Below the pieces are notes generated by a model. The model made no database searches. It was not told the DNA's origin and saw only the letters and a list, made by a program, of their open reading frames with translations. 64,000 nt of DNA from Bigelowiella natans CCMP2755. Its lineage: Eukaryota > Protista > Cercozoa. The translations under genes and the position numbers were made by a program. Positions 40,448-49,713 of this stretch are shown in pieces. Where the stretch lies: positions 10,303 to 74,302 of the forward strand of contig ADNK01000095.1 of assembly GCA_000320545.1 (NCBI GenBank). The letters are read 5' to 3'. The stretch's first letter is position 1; every line of letters starts with the position of its first letter.

Positions 40448-42080
40448 CAGTGCGACAATGGTTATCGACCATCATAGCAAATATTGCGCGCCTTATAGCA
40501 CATACTACGTTGCGACAACGTGATGCCGTTTTAAAATTTTGCAACGTTTCACAAATAATAAGTACAGCAAAAATTTATTTTGGGCATGGTTTCAATGTTG
40601 CGTGAGCTGGATTTTTAAAAGTGATAGATGTTTGCAATGCATCGCAATTGCACAAGACAGTGGCGATGAATCTTAGCCTTGCGTGCTAGCTGGCAGTGAG
40701 GATGCAACACAAGAATGTGTGCTGCCGTGGACAAATGAAAGCATGCAGTGTTTACAGTTGATCCCCTTCTTGTCACGGTGATGGGATTGCATGTAATTGC
40801 GCTTTTAGCAGACACTTACTAGATGTCTCAGCGAGAACTTGCTGGCGCGGGAGTGGCAAATATGAGATCCTCGACGATGTACAAATTTGTGCATGTGTAA
40901 TTTCAAAATCCCTTTTCTTTACTTACTCTCTCCCGCCTAAAGTTTCATGGTCTGCTCAGTTGCCGCAGATGCGATGGTCGACCAACCGAGCTAGCAAACG
41001 GATCCAAGCATCCACCGGTGCCTAGATGCACTCGATGCAATGAAGATGGATTTGGACGGAGGTAGCGAAGCTGCGAATGTTTTGACTACATGATGGCAGA
41101 GATCATTGAAAGAATTTCCGAATAATTGGGTTCTGAGGGCACTTCTGATGATGCAAATTTGAATCCCAGCTAGTTGTGATCGTTGCACCCAACAGCTGCG
41201 GCCAGGTGACAAGAGTCTCCACCCAAGAATTGAATTTCGAACAATTGAGCCAAATTTGTATTGCACTCAATCAAAGCCAATCAATTTTCATGGCTGCCTA
41301 TGCAGTATCGAGTTCCGTAGAGGATGAAGTGAATCGTAGCGCAGACGAGCCAATGACGACGACATGACGACTTCAGACAGGAACCGAGGAGAGAGAATTG
41401 GATTTCCATCTTGACTGCAACTCAGCTTCCTTTCACCTTCCATTGCAAGCACCAGCACCTGAATGACACACGGGATAGAACACCTTGCTGCTGCGATAAA
41501 ATCGATCAGCACCCAATCGTCGTCGTCGTCGTCGTCGTCGGTCGGTGCAAGCACATTGTGTAGGTAGGTAGGTGCCTTGGTGTTCCTGATGCTGAAGGAA
41601 GGATGCAAATACTGAAGACTGTGTTCCAACTTACTAGGCTAAACTTTGATTGCGACAAGAACGATTCCATGTCGCAGCAACTCTGTATCACTCAGTAGTA
41701 TGCTAAATCCTGGTTGCGACACGGACAATTCCGTGTCGCAGGAACTCTGAATCAGTCGCTCATCGGTGTACGATTCACTTCCATATTTCATTGTACCTGC
41801 TTCGAAGTTGGAATGCCCCCAACCTTCTTCCTTCGGCTTGCCCTTTTGTTTTCCGGTATTACCATCAGCCTTTCAGTCCGCACTGTTGCACAAGGTGTAA
41901 TCTCGAGAGGGCTTTCACGTTCAGATGCTATGGCTAAAGGTGTTTGAAAACTGATTTCTGTACACCATGTGAGTGAGAGTTCACAAACATTTTTGACGTT
42001 CAGAGCCTAAGGTTTTTGTTCAGAGTCCTGTTCGTACCGGCTGCAGCAAAACGCGGTTACATAATTTAAGATTCCAAAAT

Positions 42081-43001
42081 TTGCGAAGCCGAGCAGTTGG
42101 AAAAATCGAAAATGCAGACCTCATTTTCATCGATCTTGACACTCATCAGCAGCGTTTGTGGCCTGGATATGCTGGGAATGGCCCGAAGCTGACATCCCTT
42201 TCACAAACGCAAAAGTGTGAACTTGATGAGGAGGAAGCATCTATACAAATAATTTATGATACAATAGTTGATACCATGAAGAGTTACCAACTATCAAAAA
42301 ATCAGAAATTCGTAGTCTTCTACAGTGTTCGTTCTTCCTTCTCTGTTGCTAAAGGACCAGATAGAAGAGAAGTCTACACATCTTTCTCGAAACTTCCCGT
42401 AATTTTTGTTGGCAACAGTGTTGTTAATGTGGATTCAGACGCCCGGCCTTCTCTTCAATTGTTGGACCCTATCCTCGATGCTATGAAGCTGGACATGCAG
42501 CCTCATCCTCGCATACAAAGAAATATTTTTGCTTCGTTCGTTGGAAGGGTTCATACAAACAAGCCTTTGCGTGGCGCATTAATGAACTTAAGATCTAAAA
42601 CAGGCCAAAATCTTTATCTACAAGATGCGGACAAAACGCTTCAGGATAAGGAACGTGTGCTTAACTACAGAGACGTCCTACTGAACAGTGAGTTCATGTT
42701 GGCACCAAGAGGCGACAACCATTATTCCTTCAGGCCGTCAGAGGCTCTCGTCTACGGTGCAATTCCAGTGATTTATGACGATCGTGCCGCTATTCCCTAC
42801 GTGAACAGCACTTTTGACGCGCGATCTTGGGGTGTAATAATTCCCGAGGCCCAGGCAAAGGACACATTAGAGATATTGAGTAGAATATCTTCGAAAGACA
42901 GACAAAGATACATAGAGGGGGGACAGAACGCGAGAAAATGTGCTGAGACTGTTGAAGGAAACGTCGATTGCATGCTCGCAGGATTGGCAATGTTCACTTG
43001 A
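42081..43001 (+). CDS. Exostosin-family (GT47) glycosyltransferase; 5' end/upstream exons not resolved
   Basis: RNIFASFVG, YRDVLLNSEFMLAPRGDNHYSFRPSEALVYGAIPVIYDD..PY..W are typical GT47 C-terminal motifs. The ORF start is a TTG, so the true start lies elsewhere. Confidence 0.82.
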   Translation: MRSRAVGKIENADLIFIDLDTHQQRLWPGYAGNGPKLTSLSQTQKCELDEEEASIQIIYDTIVDTMKSYQLSKNQKFVVFYSVRSSFSVAKGPDRREVYTSFSKLPVIFVGNSVVNVDSDARPSLQLLDPILDAMKLDMQPHPRIQRNIFASFVGRVHTNKPLRGALMNLRSKTGQNLYLQDADKTLQDKERVLNYRDVLLNSEFMLAPRGDNHYSFRPSEALVYGAIPVIYDDRAAIPYVNSTFDARSWGVIIPEAQAKDTLEILSRISSKDRQRYIEGGQNARKCAETVEGNVDCMLAGLAMFT

Positions 43002-43419
43002 TGACACGAGTTTCTTGGCTCACAAAGGTTATGAGGAAAGCAGCAAATGAGCGAACAAATCCTAGCAAGAAGACATGTGCATTTGTGCAGCGCTGCACTC
43101 TGTGCTCGCGCCCTGTGCTCTGCGAAATCCTCAAGAATCTCATTCAATCTCCGAGTGAAGCCATGGGAGATGGGACAATGTCAACATGATGATGGTAGCG
43201 GACCGATCCGCTACCCAAACATGCCTAGATGCGCGTGTCGCCGAAACCAAAATGTGACTAAGTGGAACAAACAAGTTGCACAAACTTTGGCAAGTGCCCC
43301 TCATCATTCTCAGATGCACCTGGGAGTCACGCACGTGGTGTGAACGACACGCCCTCTTTTGTGCGATTTGGTGGAGTCCACATTGCGCGCACACACACGA
43401 TGGCAGGATTTCACAACGC

Positions 43420-43745
43420 TGTAGCGCGTACCACTACGCGGGCACAAGTCACGTGCGACAACAAAGGGGTTGTCGCGGATATAGAATATAGATAACGTAG
43501 ATATTAATACAGCATAGGCACGTGGGTTCCGGCGGGACTCATGGCAGCACACCGGAAGTGTGCTGCCCCACGTGCGGCGGCATTCGCGAAAGCTTCGCGA
43601 ATGATTACGCAGTGCACGATTTAATAAAAATATAATCTTTAATAAAAATAAACACAACTCTTCAAAAGGAAGCAAACGTGCCTTTCCCCCCCCCTGCCTA
43701 CTTGTGCACGTAGCGCCTCGGCCTGTGAACACCTTACGCGCAACA
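43420..43745 (+). repeat. 5' LTR
   Basis: Starts TGTAGCGCGTA, ends TACGCGCAACA (10/11 inverted termini); matches 48810-49135. Confidence 0.97.
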
Positions 43746-43750
43746 ACCTT

Positions 43751-43768
43751 TGGCTTCCACACACGGGA
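43751..43768 (+). promoter_or_regulatory. Primer-binding site (PBS)
   Basis: TGGCTTCCACACACGGGA, 5 nt after the 5' LTR, is complementary to a tRNA-like 3' end ..CCGTG TGTGGAA G CCA. Isoacceptor not established. Confidence 0.7.
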
Positions 43769-43784
43769 AACGATTTGACTAACA

Positions 43785-46700
43785 ATGTCACAGCAGCTAG
43801 AAGAACAGCAGGACTTTGGCTCGCAGGCCGTGCAAGGGCACGAGCAGAAACAGGAAAGGAAGGGCGATACGGACGCTAAGGAAGGAGGAGGAACACCTCC
43901 ACAGGCACCGCCGGGACCAGCACCCGGGATTAAGAAAGCAGATGCAGCAGCAGAGGCACTGGAGAACTTCTACGAGGCGGACGACGAGGACGTGGCCGCC
44001 GAAAGCAAGAAGGTCGTAATGGCATTACGAGCCTTGCGACCCAGGGCGAGCAACTACGCCAAACTGAAAGTATCGATAGAATACAAGTATCAGACACATG
44101 ATGTTTGGGCAGCTATCATGCAGGACATCATGGATTACGAAGCAGACTTACCTCCAGAGTGGGCAGCTTTGTTTAGGAACGACGGGGGTCTGGGCGCCTC
44201 GCGGGGGACGACCCAGAGCACCGTCAAGCAGCAGCAGCCGGTACAGCGGAACACCCAGTTCATGTCTGTTAAAACAGCACCGGTTATGATAACGAAATAC
44301 AACGGGAAAAGAGGTGAGGCAAGGAGGTGGTGGAAGAACGCTAGGAGTATACTCTGCGACTTTACCCCTAACCCCACCGAAAACGACAAGCTCAAATGGC
44401 TAGCTATAATAAAGCAAGCCATGGACCTTTACGAGACAGGCAGGACCCGGATCAGGCAGCTAGAGAAAATACACACTACAGTTAGTGGGCTACGAGACGT
44501 TGAGGCGATAATGAAGGCTTTTGTAAATGAACAGGATGCTAACTCCCTACCCCAGGCTATTAGAAAATACAGAGCAATGATGCAGCATGAGAGAGAACCT
44601 GTTAGAGACTTTGCCACGCGCTTCCAGGATATGATCGACGAACTACATGATTTTAATTACAACACAGGTGATGATCAGGCAAGGTTTGAAGAGTTCAAGT
44701 TAAAGATAAAGGAATCCACTTACGTTACGGAGAAAGGCTACACCACGATGGAGGCAGCAGTGCAGGCTATATCCCTACGCGAGCAGGAGCAGGACCGCAA
44801 GTTTACCAGCCCTAAGGTACCTGGCATAGGAAACATTAACGCTATTAAGCCGCAGCGAGACTGGTACAAGGACAGGGAAGGTAACCGACGTTGCGGATAC
44901 TGCTCACGTAAAGGGAAACACACCGCTAAAGACTGCAGAGACAGGAAAGAAGGACGACCCAGGATGACGATCAGGCAGCTCAACGAACACTACGAGAAGT
45001 TAAAGAGAAAGAAAGGCAGAGGACAAGGATATAACAACAGCAAATGGCAAGGCAGCAACAACGGGAAGAACAATAAATATAAGAACAAAAAGCAGAACAG
45101 TATCAATGCTATACAGCAGCAGATAAACGGAATATTAGATCACCTTAAGCAGGCGCCGACGAAGACAGCAGTACCAGCAACGCAGGACCAAGACAAGCCC
45201 ATGACCCTAGACGACATAAAGAACTTAGGAGTATGCAACATTAATGACGAAGACGCTAACAGGACTATCAAAGTTGCTATGACCAAGGTTAAAGTTAAAG
45301 ACAGCTACGGAGACTACAAGAAACTACCTGCCCTTTGGGATAGTGGCAGCATGCCGAAGTCCTTCATAAGCCTAAGCACAGTAAGAAGGTTAGGACTATT
45401 GGATCAAGTGACTAAGAAAGAACGTAAATATGCTCAAGCAGACGGAAGCTCTTCCATGAAGACCGTCGGTGAGCTAATGCTAAAGCTACAGATACCTGGC
45501 AGCGACGCGGAGACCCAAATCAAGACCCGAGTAGCCATGACTTTATCCATGGAACTACTCCTCGGACAGGATGCCCTAGAAAAATTAGGGGGGATCATAT
45601 CATTCTACAATCACAAGATATACTTTGCTAAGTTGCCAAAGAAGTCAGGCAGGACCATCAGCCAGAACATGATACGGCTTGACGAGTGGACCTCTGAGTC
45701 AAGCGTTAATGCGTTAGAGTTTATGGACCTAGCGGACAACAAGCTACCTACACCTACCGAGCTACGGAAGAAGAACCCCGGCAAGACCATCCGACAGATA
45801 ACGGAGCTACTGGACAAGACCCCCCCAGCTGATGATTGGGATATCGACAAAGGCAAAAAGTACATTAATAAAATATTAAACGAGAAGTACTCTGACATCA
45901 CCAAGCCGACGACGAAGCCCTCCAGCAAGCTTACCCCAGTAAAGATCGAGCTAAAGAAGGGATACGAAGAGTGCATCATCAATGACCCAGAACATAGGCG
46001 ACCGGAAGCGGACTGGGAAAAGATAGAGTGGCAGATCAATGAATGGGCAAAGGAAGGGAAGATAGAGCCAAGCAACTCACCATGGAACGTGAGACATGTG
46101 CTAGCTAAGAAACCTACTTACCCTTTCTTCCGCCTGGCGCACAACTTCATCCGCCACAACCGAGTAATAAAGAGGATCCAGACACCTACACCAAGGATAG
46201 ATGACGTTATTGAACACGTCATAGGATACAAATACTACTCTTCCCTAGATAAAAATGAATCATACATGCAGACACCCATCCACAAAACCTCCCGCCCCAT
46301 TACCGCGTTCTCCAGCAGGCACAGGAAGTGGCACTTCGTCGTATTCCCTTACGGCCTAAGCATATCAGGGGATGCGTTCAGTAGTCAGAACTACAGGGCA
46401 TACACACATGATGGGATGGCGTCTGTGTTGTGGGTGTTTGTGTTTGTGTATGTGGATGATGACATAATATGTACCAACACAGTCGTCGCTCAGATCTTCC
46501 TCCTGGAAAATATATTTATTAGGTTTGCACACTTCGGTTTTACTATTAGACTGCAGAAGTGTACATTCCTAGCTACAAGAATCAAGTGGTGTGGATATTA
46601 CCTGGAGCAAGGCCGCATCACCCCAAACCCCGAGAAAGTAGCAGCACTACAGCAAGCCCCTAAACCTAAGAATGCAAAGGAGTTAAAGTCATTCTTGCAG

Positions 46701-48758
46701 ACTGCAGCTTGGATACTACGTAGGTTCTCCCCTACCTACGCTAGGACTGCAGCTGCTTTTACTACTGCTTACCGGAAGGAGAACTCTGTAGGCCTCAGCT
46801 TCGCTAAGGTGTGGGCCAAGGCTGGCCTTGATGCCCACTTCGATAACCTAATAAAGTTATGCAGCAACACCCTATTGAATGCTAAGCTAGACACTACTAG
46901 ACCAGCTACCCTATGGACAGACTGGTCTAAGCTAGGTATGGCTGCTGTACTTACCCAAGACCAGCAGATCATACGGGTGTGGGGCAGGGCCTGCACAGCA
47001 GCTGAGGCCAAGTACAGCCCTACAAAAGGAGAGTATAAAGCCATGACTGAGGCGCAGAGGAAACTAAGATACTACCTGCTGTCGGTGCCCAGCTTCACCT
47101 TAATGACTGACCACAAGCCCCTCCTAGGCATCGACCGCAAGCTCGAAGCGCCTAACGATGAGTATGCAGCTATGAGGGCGGACACGGAAGAGTTTAGGGA
47201 CAAGAGGACAGTGGTCTACGCACCAGGAGACAAGCAGCTTGCTGACTATTTCAGCAGGCTGTTCGAAAAGAAAGTCCCTACCCAGGTCACCCCTATGGTT
47301 AACGCGATTACCTTCGAGGACGGCGACTTCCTGCCTGAGCCAGAGGAGCTCCAGCACCTTCAAGAACACCTGGATAAATACAAACACAAGCATGAGGTAC
47401 TTAGTGATAGGATATATGTATACACTAATAATGTTAGGCGTACCTACGTGCCACGGCGGACCAGGGGAGCCCTTCTCTTTACCGCCCATGGACCTGCACA
47501 CGTAGGAGAAAACCATATCACTGCTCTACTCTACCATTACTACTGGCCCTACAAGCTAAAAGAGATAAGGACATACCTGCGTGGCTGCAGGTGCTCCAGC
47601 TTGAAGGCGGCAGGCGTCGCCACCAAGGAGTCCAGCAAGAGCCGTGCATCTAAGAAAATCAAAGCAAGGAACTTCTTAGATATCGTGCAAATTGATGTTT
47701 ATAAGTACGATGGCTATCACTACCTTACCTTCGTTGATGTGGCCACTGGAAAGTGCTGGGTTAAAAAGATTATCAAGGTCAACGTTGCTAAGAAGAACAA
47801 AGGCTTATATAAGCAGAGGCTTACTAACTGCTACCGTACCTGGGAGTCTGAGCTCCAGGCTATCCCTGATGAAGTTAGCATAAACAAGATACCAAAGAAG
47901 TTACATGTGGATAATGAGACCTCTCTTCTACAGCTACCACACCCTAATATTGATGCCTCACCTGTATACTATGCCCAGTCCAACTCCAAGGTAGAGCGAC
48001 TCCACCGCACCTTGGCCAACCTAAGCAGGATAAATAGCACCACACCAGACAAGATACAAGGGTTAGTAAACGACACCTTCACGTCTGGGGGAGGTATCAA
48101 GGATAAGGAGAGGGAAGAAGGCGACGACAACGACGACGATACCGAGAGCGAAGACGAGAAGGTCCCGTACGATGGCCGAGTTCTAAAGGAAGGACAGTAT
48201 GTTAGGGCCAAGGTAAATCTGAGATCGAGAAATAAACAAGACCCCTTCTGGGGTGGCGTTGCAAAGGTTACCGAGAGGAAGGGGAGGAAGCAGTACTACA
48301 TCTATGATGGGAACAGGGTCACCTTGCGCCACATCAGTCACCTAAAGAATTATGATATCGGTGAGAAGCTCCTAGAGGATGTTAAAGTAAACCCTACTGT
48401 GTGGGAGCGAGCAATGCCTTGTTTAGGACCCCGACCTAAGTTCGATGTGGAATATGGAAACAATAAGGTCAGGGTGAACGACGATTGGCGCATGAAGATT
48501 GTCTATCTAGGCTACCCTGGATTACGAAATATGGAGAGGGTAGCTATGAAAATAAAGGACGGAAAATATCAGCTACTCTACCTAGCTGTTCCCGACTTAC
48601 CCTTTGAGCACTGGTATAAGGTCCTGGGGGACCTTGATGCAGAGGGCTGGTATGGACACGAACCTAAGGACGAAGGTGAGTTCTGGGTAAGCGACAAAGG
48701 AGATAAGGTTAGAGAGGAATCTATTACCTGGTGGTTGGTGAAGTTCCGAAAGCGATGA
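43785..48758 (+). CDS. Gag-Pol polyprotein (1657 aa) with extra C-terminal domain
   Basis: Zinc knuckle CGYCSRKGKHTAKDC; protease ALWDSGS..LLLGQDAL; RT SSLDKNESYMQ..FPYGL..YVDDDII; RNase H WTDWS..GEYKA..TDHKPL..ADYFSR; integrase HGPAH..CRC, QIDVY, HVDNE, SNSKVERLHRTL; SH3-like GQYVRAK..DPFWGG..RHISHLK. Confidence 0.97.
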   Translation: MSQQLEEQQDFGSQAVQGHEQKQERKGDTDAKEGGGTPPQAPPGPAPGIKKADAAAEALENFYEADDEDVAAESKKVVMALRALRPRASNYAKLKVSIEYKYQTHDVWAAIMQDIMDYEADLPPEWAALFRNDGGLGASRGTTQSTVKQQQPVQRNTQFMSVKTAPVMITKYNGKRGEARRWWKNARSILCDFTPNPTENDKLKWLAIIKQAMDLYETGRTRIRQLEKIHTTVSGLRDVEAIMKAFVNEQDANSLPQAIRKYRAMMQHEREPVRDFATRFQDMIDELHDFNYNTGDDQARFEEFKLKIKESTYVTEKGYTTMEAAVQAISLREQEQDRKFTSPKVPGIGNINAIKPQRDWYKDREGNRRCGYCSRKGKHTAKDCRDRKEGRPRMTIRQLNEHYEKLKRKKGRGQGYNNSKWQGSNNGKNNKYKNKKQNSINAIQQQINGILDHLKQAPTKTAVPATQDQDKPMTLDDIKNLGVCNINDEDANRTIKVAMTKVKVKDSYGDYKKLPALWDSGSMPKSFISLSTVRRLGLLDQVTKKERKYAQADGSSSMKTVGELMLKLQIPGSDAETQIKTRVAMTLSMELLLGQDALEKLGGIISFYNHKIYFAKLPKKSGRTISQNMIRLDEWTSESSVNALEFMDLADNKLPTPTELRKKNPGKTIRQITELLDKTPPADDWDIDKGKKYINKILNEKYSDITKPTTKPSSKLTPVKIELKKGYEECIINDPEHRRPEADWEKIEWQINEWAKEGKIEPSNSPWNVRHVLAKKPTYPFFRLAHNFIRHNRVIKRIQTPTPRIDDVIEHVIGYKYYSSLDKNESYMQTPIHKTSRPITAFSSRHRKWHFVVFPYGLSISGDAFSSQNYRAYTHDGMASVLWVFVFVYVDDDIICTNTVVAQIFLLENIFIRFAHFGFTIRLQKCTFLATRIKWCGYYLEQGRITPNPEKVAALQQAPKPKNAKELKSFLQTAAWILRRFSPTYARTAAAFTTAYRKENSVGLSFAKVWAKAGLDAHFDNLIKLCSNTLLNAKLDTTRPATLWTDWSKLGMAAVLTQDQQIIRVWGRACTAAEAKYSPTKGEYKAMTEAQRKLRYYLLSVPSFTLMTDHKPLLGIDRKLEAPNDEYAAMRADTEEFRDKRTVVYAPGDKQLADYFSRLFEKKVPTQVTPMVNAITFEDGDFLPEPEELQHLQEHLDKYKHKHEVLSDRIYVYTNNVRRTYVPRRTRGALLFTAHGPAHVGENHITALLYHYYWPYKLKEIRTYLRGCRCSSLKAAGVATKESSKSRASKKIKARNFLDIVQIDVYKYDGYHYLTFVDVATGKCWVKKIIKVNVAKKNKGLYKQRLTNCYRTWESELQAIPDEVSINKIPKKLHVDNETSLLQLPHPNIDASPVYYAQSNSKVERLHRTLANLSRINSTTPDKIQGLVNDTFTSGGGIKDKEREEGDDNDDDTESEDEKVPYDGRVLKEGQYVRAKVNLRSRNKQDPFWGGVAKVTERKGRKQYYIYDGNRVTLRHISHLKNYDIGEKLLEDVKVNPTVWERAMPCLGPRPKFDVEYGNNKVRVNDDWRMKIVYLGYPGLRNMERVAMKIKDGKYQLLYLAVPDLPFEHWYKVLGDLDAEGWYGHEPKDEGEFWVSDKGDKVREESITWWLVKFRKR

Positions 48759-48764
48759 AGGTCT

Positions 48765-48809
48765 AAGGGAATAAGGAAGGAAGGAAGGAGCAACGTGACT
48801 TGGGGGAGG
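48765..48809 (+). promoter_or_regulatory. Polypurine tract region
   Basis: aaggggaataaggaaggaaggaaggag..., with gggggagg (48802-48809) abutting the 3' LTR. Confidence 0.8.
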
Positions 48810-49135
48810 TGTAGCGCGTACCACTACGCGGGCACAAGTCACGTGCGACAACAAAGGGGTTGTCGCGGATATAGAATATAGATAACGTAGATATTAATAC
48901 AGCATAGGCACGTGGGTTCCGGCGGGACTCATGGCAGCACACCGGAAGTGTGCTGCCCCACGTGCGGCGGCATTCGCGAAAGCTTCGCGAATGATTACGC
49001 AGTGCACGATTTAATAAAAATATAATCTTTAATAAAAATAAACACAACTCTTCAAAAGGAAGCAAACGTGCCTTTCCCCCCCCCTGCCTACTTGTGCACG
49101 TAGCGCCTCGGCCTGTGAACACCTTACGCGCAACA
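48810..49135 (+). repeat. 3' LTR
   Basis: No difference from 43420-43745 found on reading; followed by TSD ACGC. Confidence 0.97.
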
Positions 49136-49713
49136 ACGCGTGAGAAAAAAATCCCTTCGAAACTTGAGGCAAAGGCAATGCGCGAAGTGAAAACGATGCC
49201 GTCCGCCACCAGACCAGTTTTGCTGCACCTGGCCACTCACTGACGATGTGGTCATTGACTGCCCAAAACGCAGGAAACTGCACCGTGCTTGCGTGCACCA
49301 AAAGTCAGCTGTTGGACTCAGGTGTGTTGCGGTTGACTGACAGCGTTGAGCCAGTTCTCTGGGGGTTGCAGTCTCATCATCGTTGATGTCACCACGTGAG
49401 CACCCATCAAGATGGGAAACGAGTTTTCCACGATGTCTCGCCTCGCACCGAACGTTGCAAGTTGAGGAGGCTCTTTGGAGAGTTTCCTTCTTTGACTCTC
49501 GGACCCTTCTTTCAGACTGCAAAGCTGAAAAAAGTGAGAGTAGCCGACGAGAATTTGTTCTCTTTTTCCGTTTTGAGTTTGATTTGGTGGATTTGGACAT
49601 GTCGCAGATGAAGAATGGCATTGGATCTGTTGTTGCAAGAGATTTCATACCAGCAGCACCACCACAATCAAAGTTCACTACCTAACCATACACGACGCAA
49701 CGAGGTGGTTCAA

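Larger units (their letters stand above)
43420..49135 (+). mobile_element. Full-length Ty3/Gypsy-order LTR retrotransposon (5716 bp)
   Basis: Two 326-bp TG..CA LTRs; 4-bp TSD ACGC (43416-43419 and 49136-49139); PBS; PPT; single gag-pol ORF in the order Gag-PR-RT-RH-IN. Confidence 0.98.

Noticed and set aside
48381-48758. Chromodomain or env gene at the end of pol
   Set aside because: No chromodomain Y.VKW.G pattern, no signal or TM segment, no separate ORF, and only about 50 nt remain before the 3' LTR.
44135-48854. Antisense and alternate-frame ORFs inside the retrotransposon
   Set aside because: Short shadows of the gag-pol frame with no recognisable motifs.
43420-49135. DIRS element (because of the Dam-like tail)
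   Set aside because: It has direct TG..CA LTRs, a TSD, an aspartic protease and a DDE integrase, and no tyrosine recombinase.
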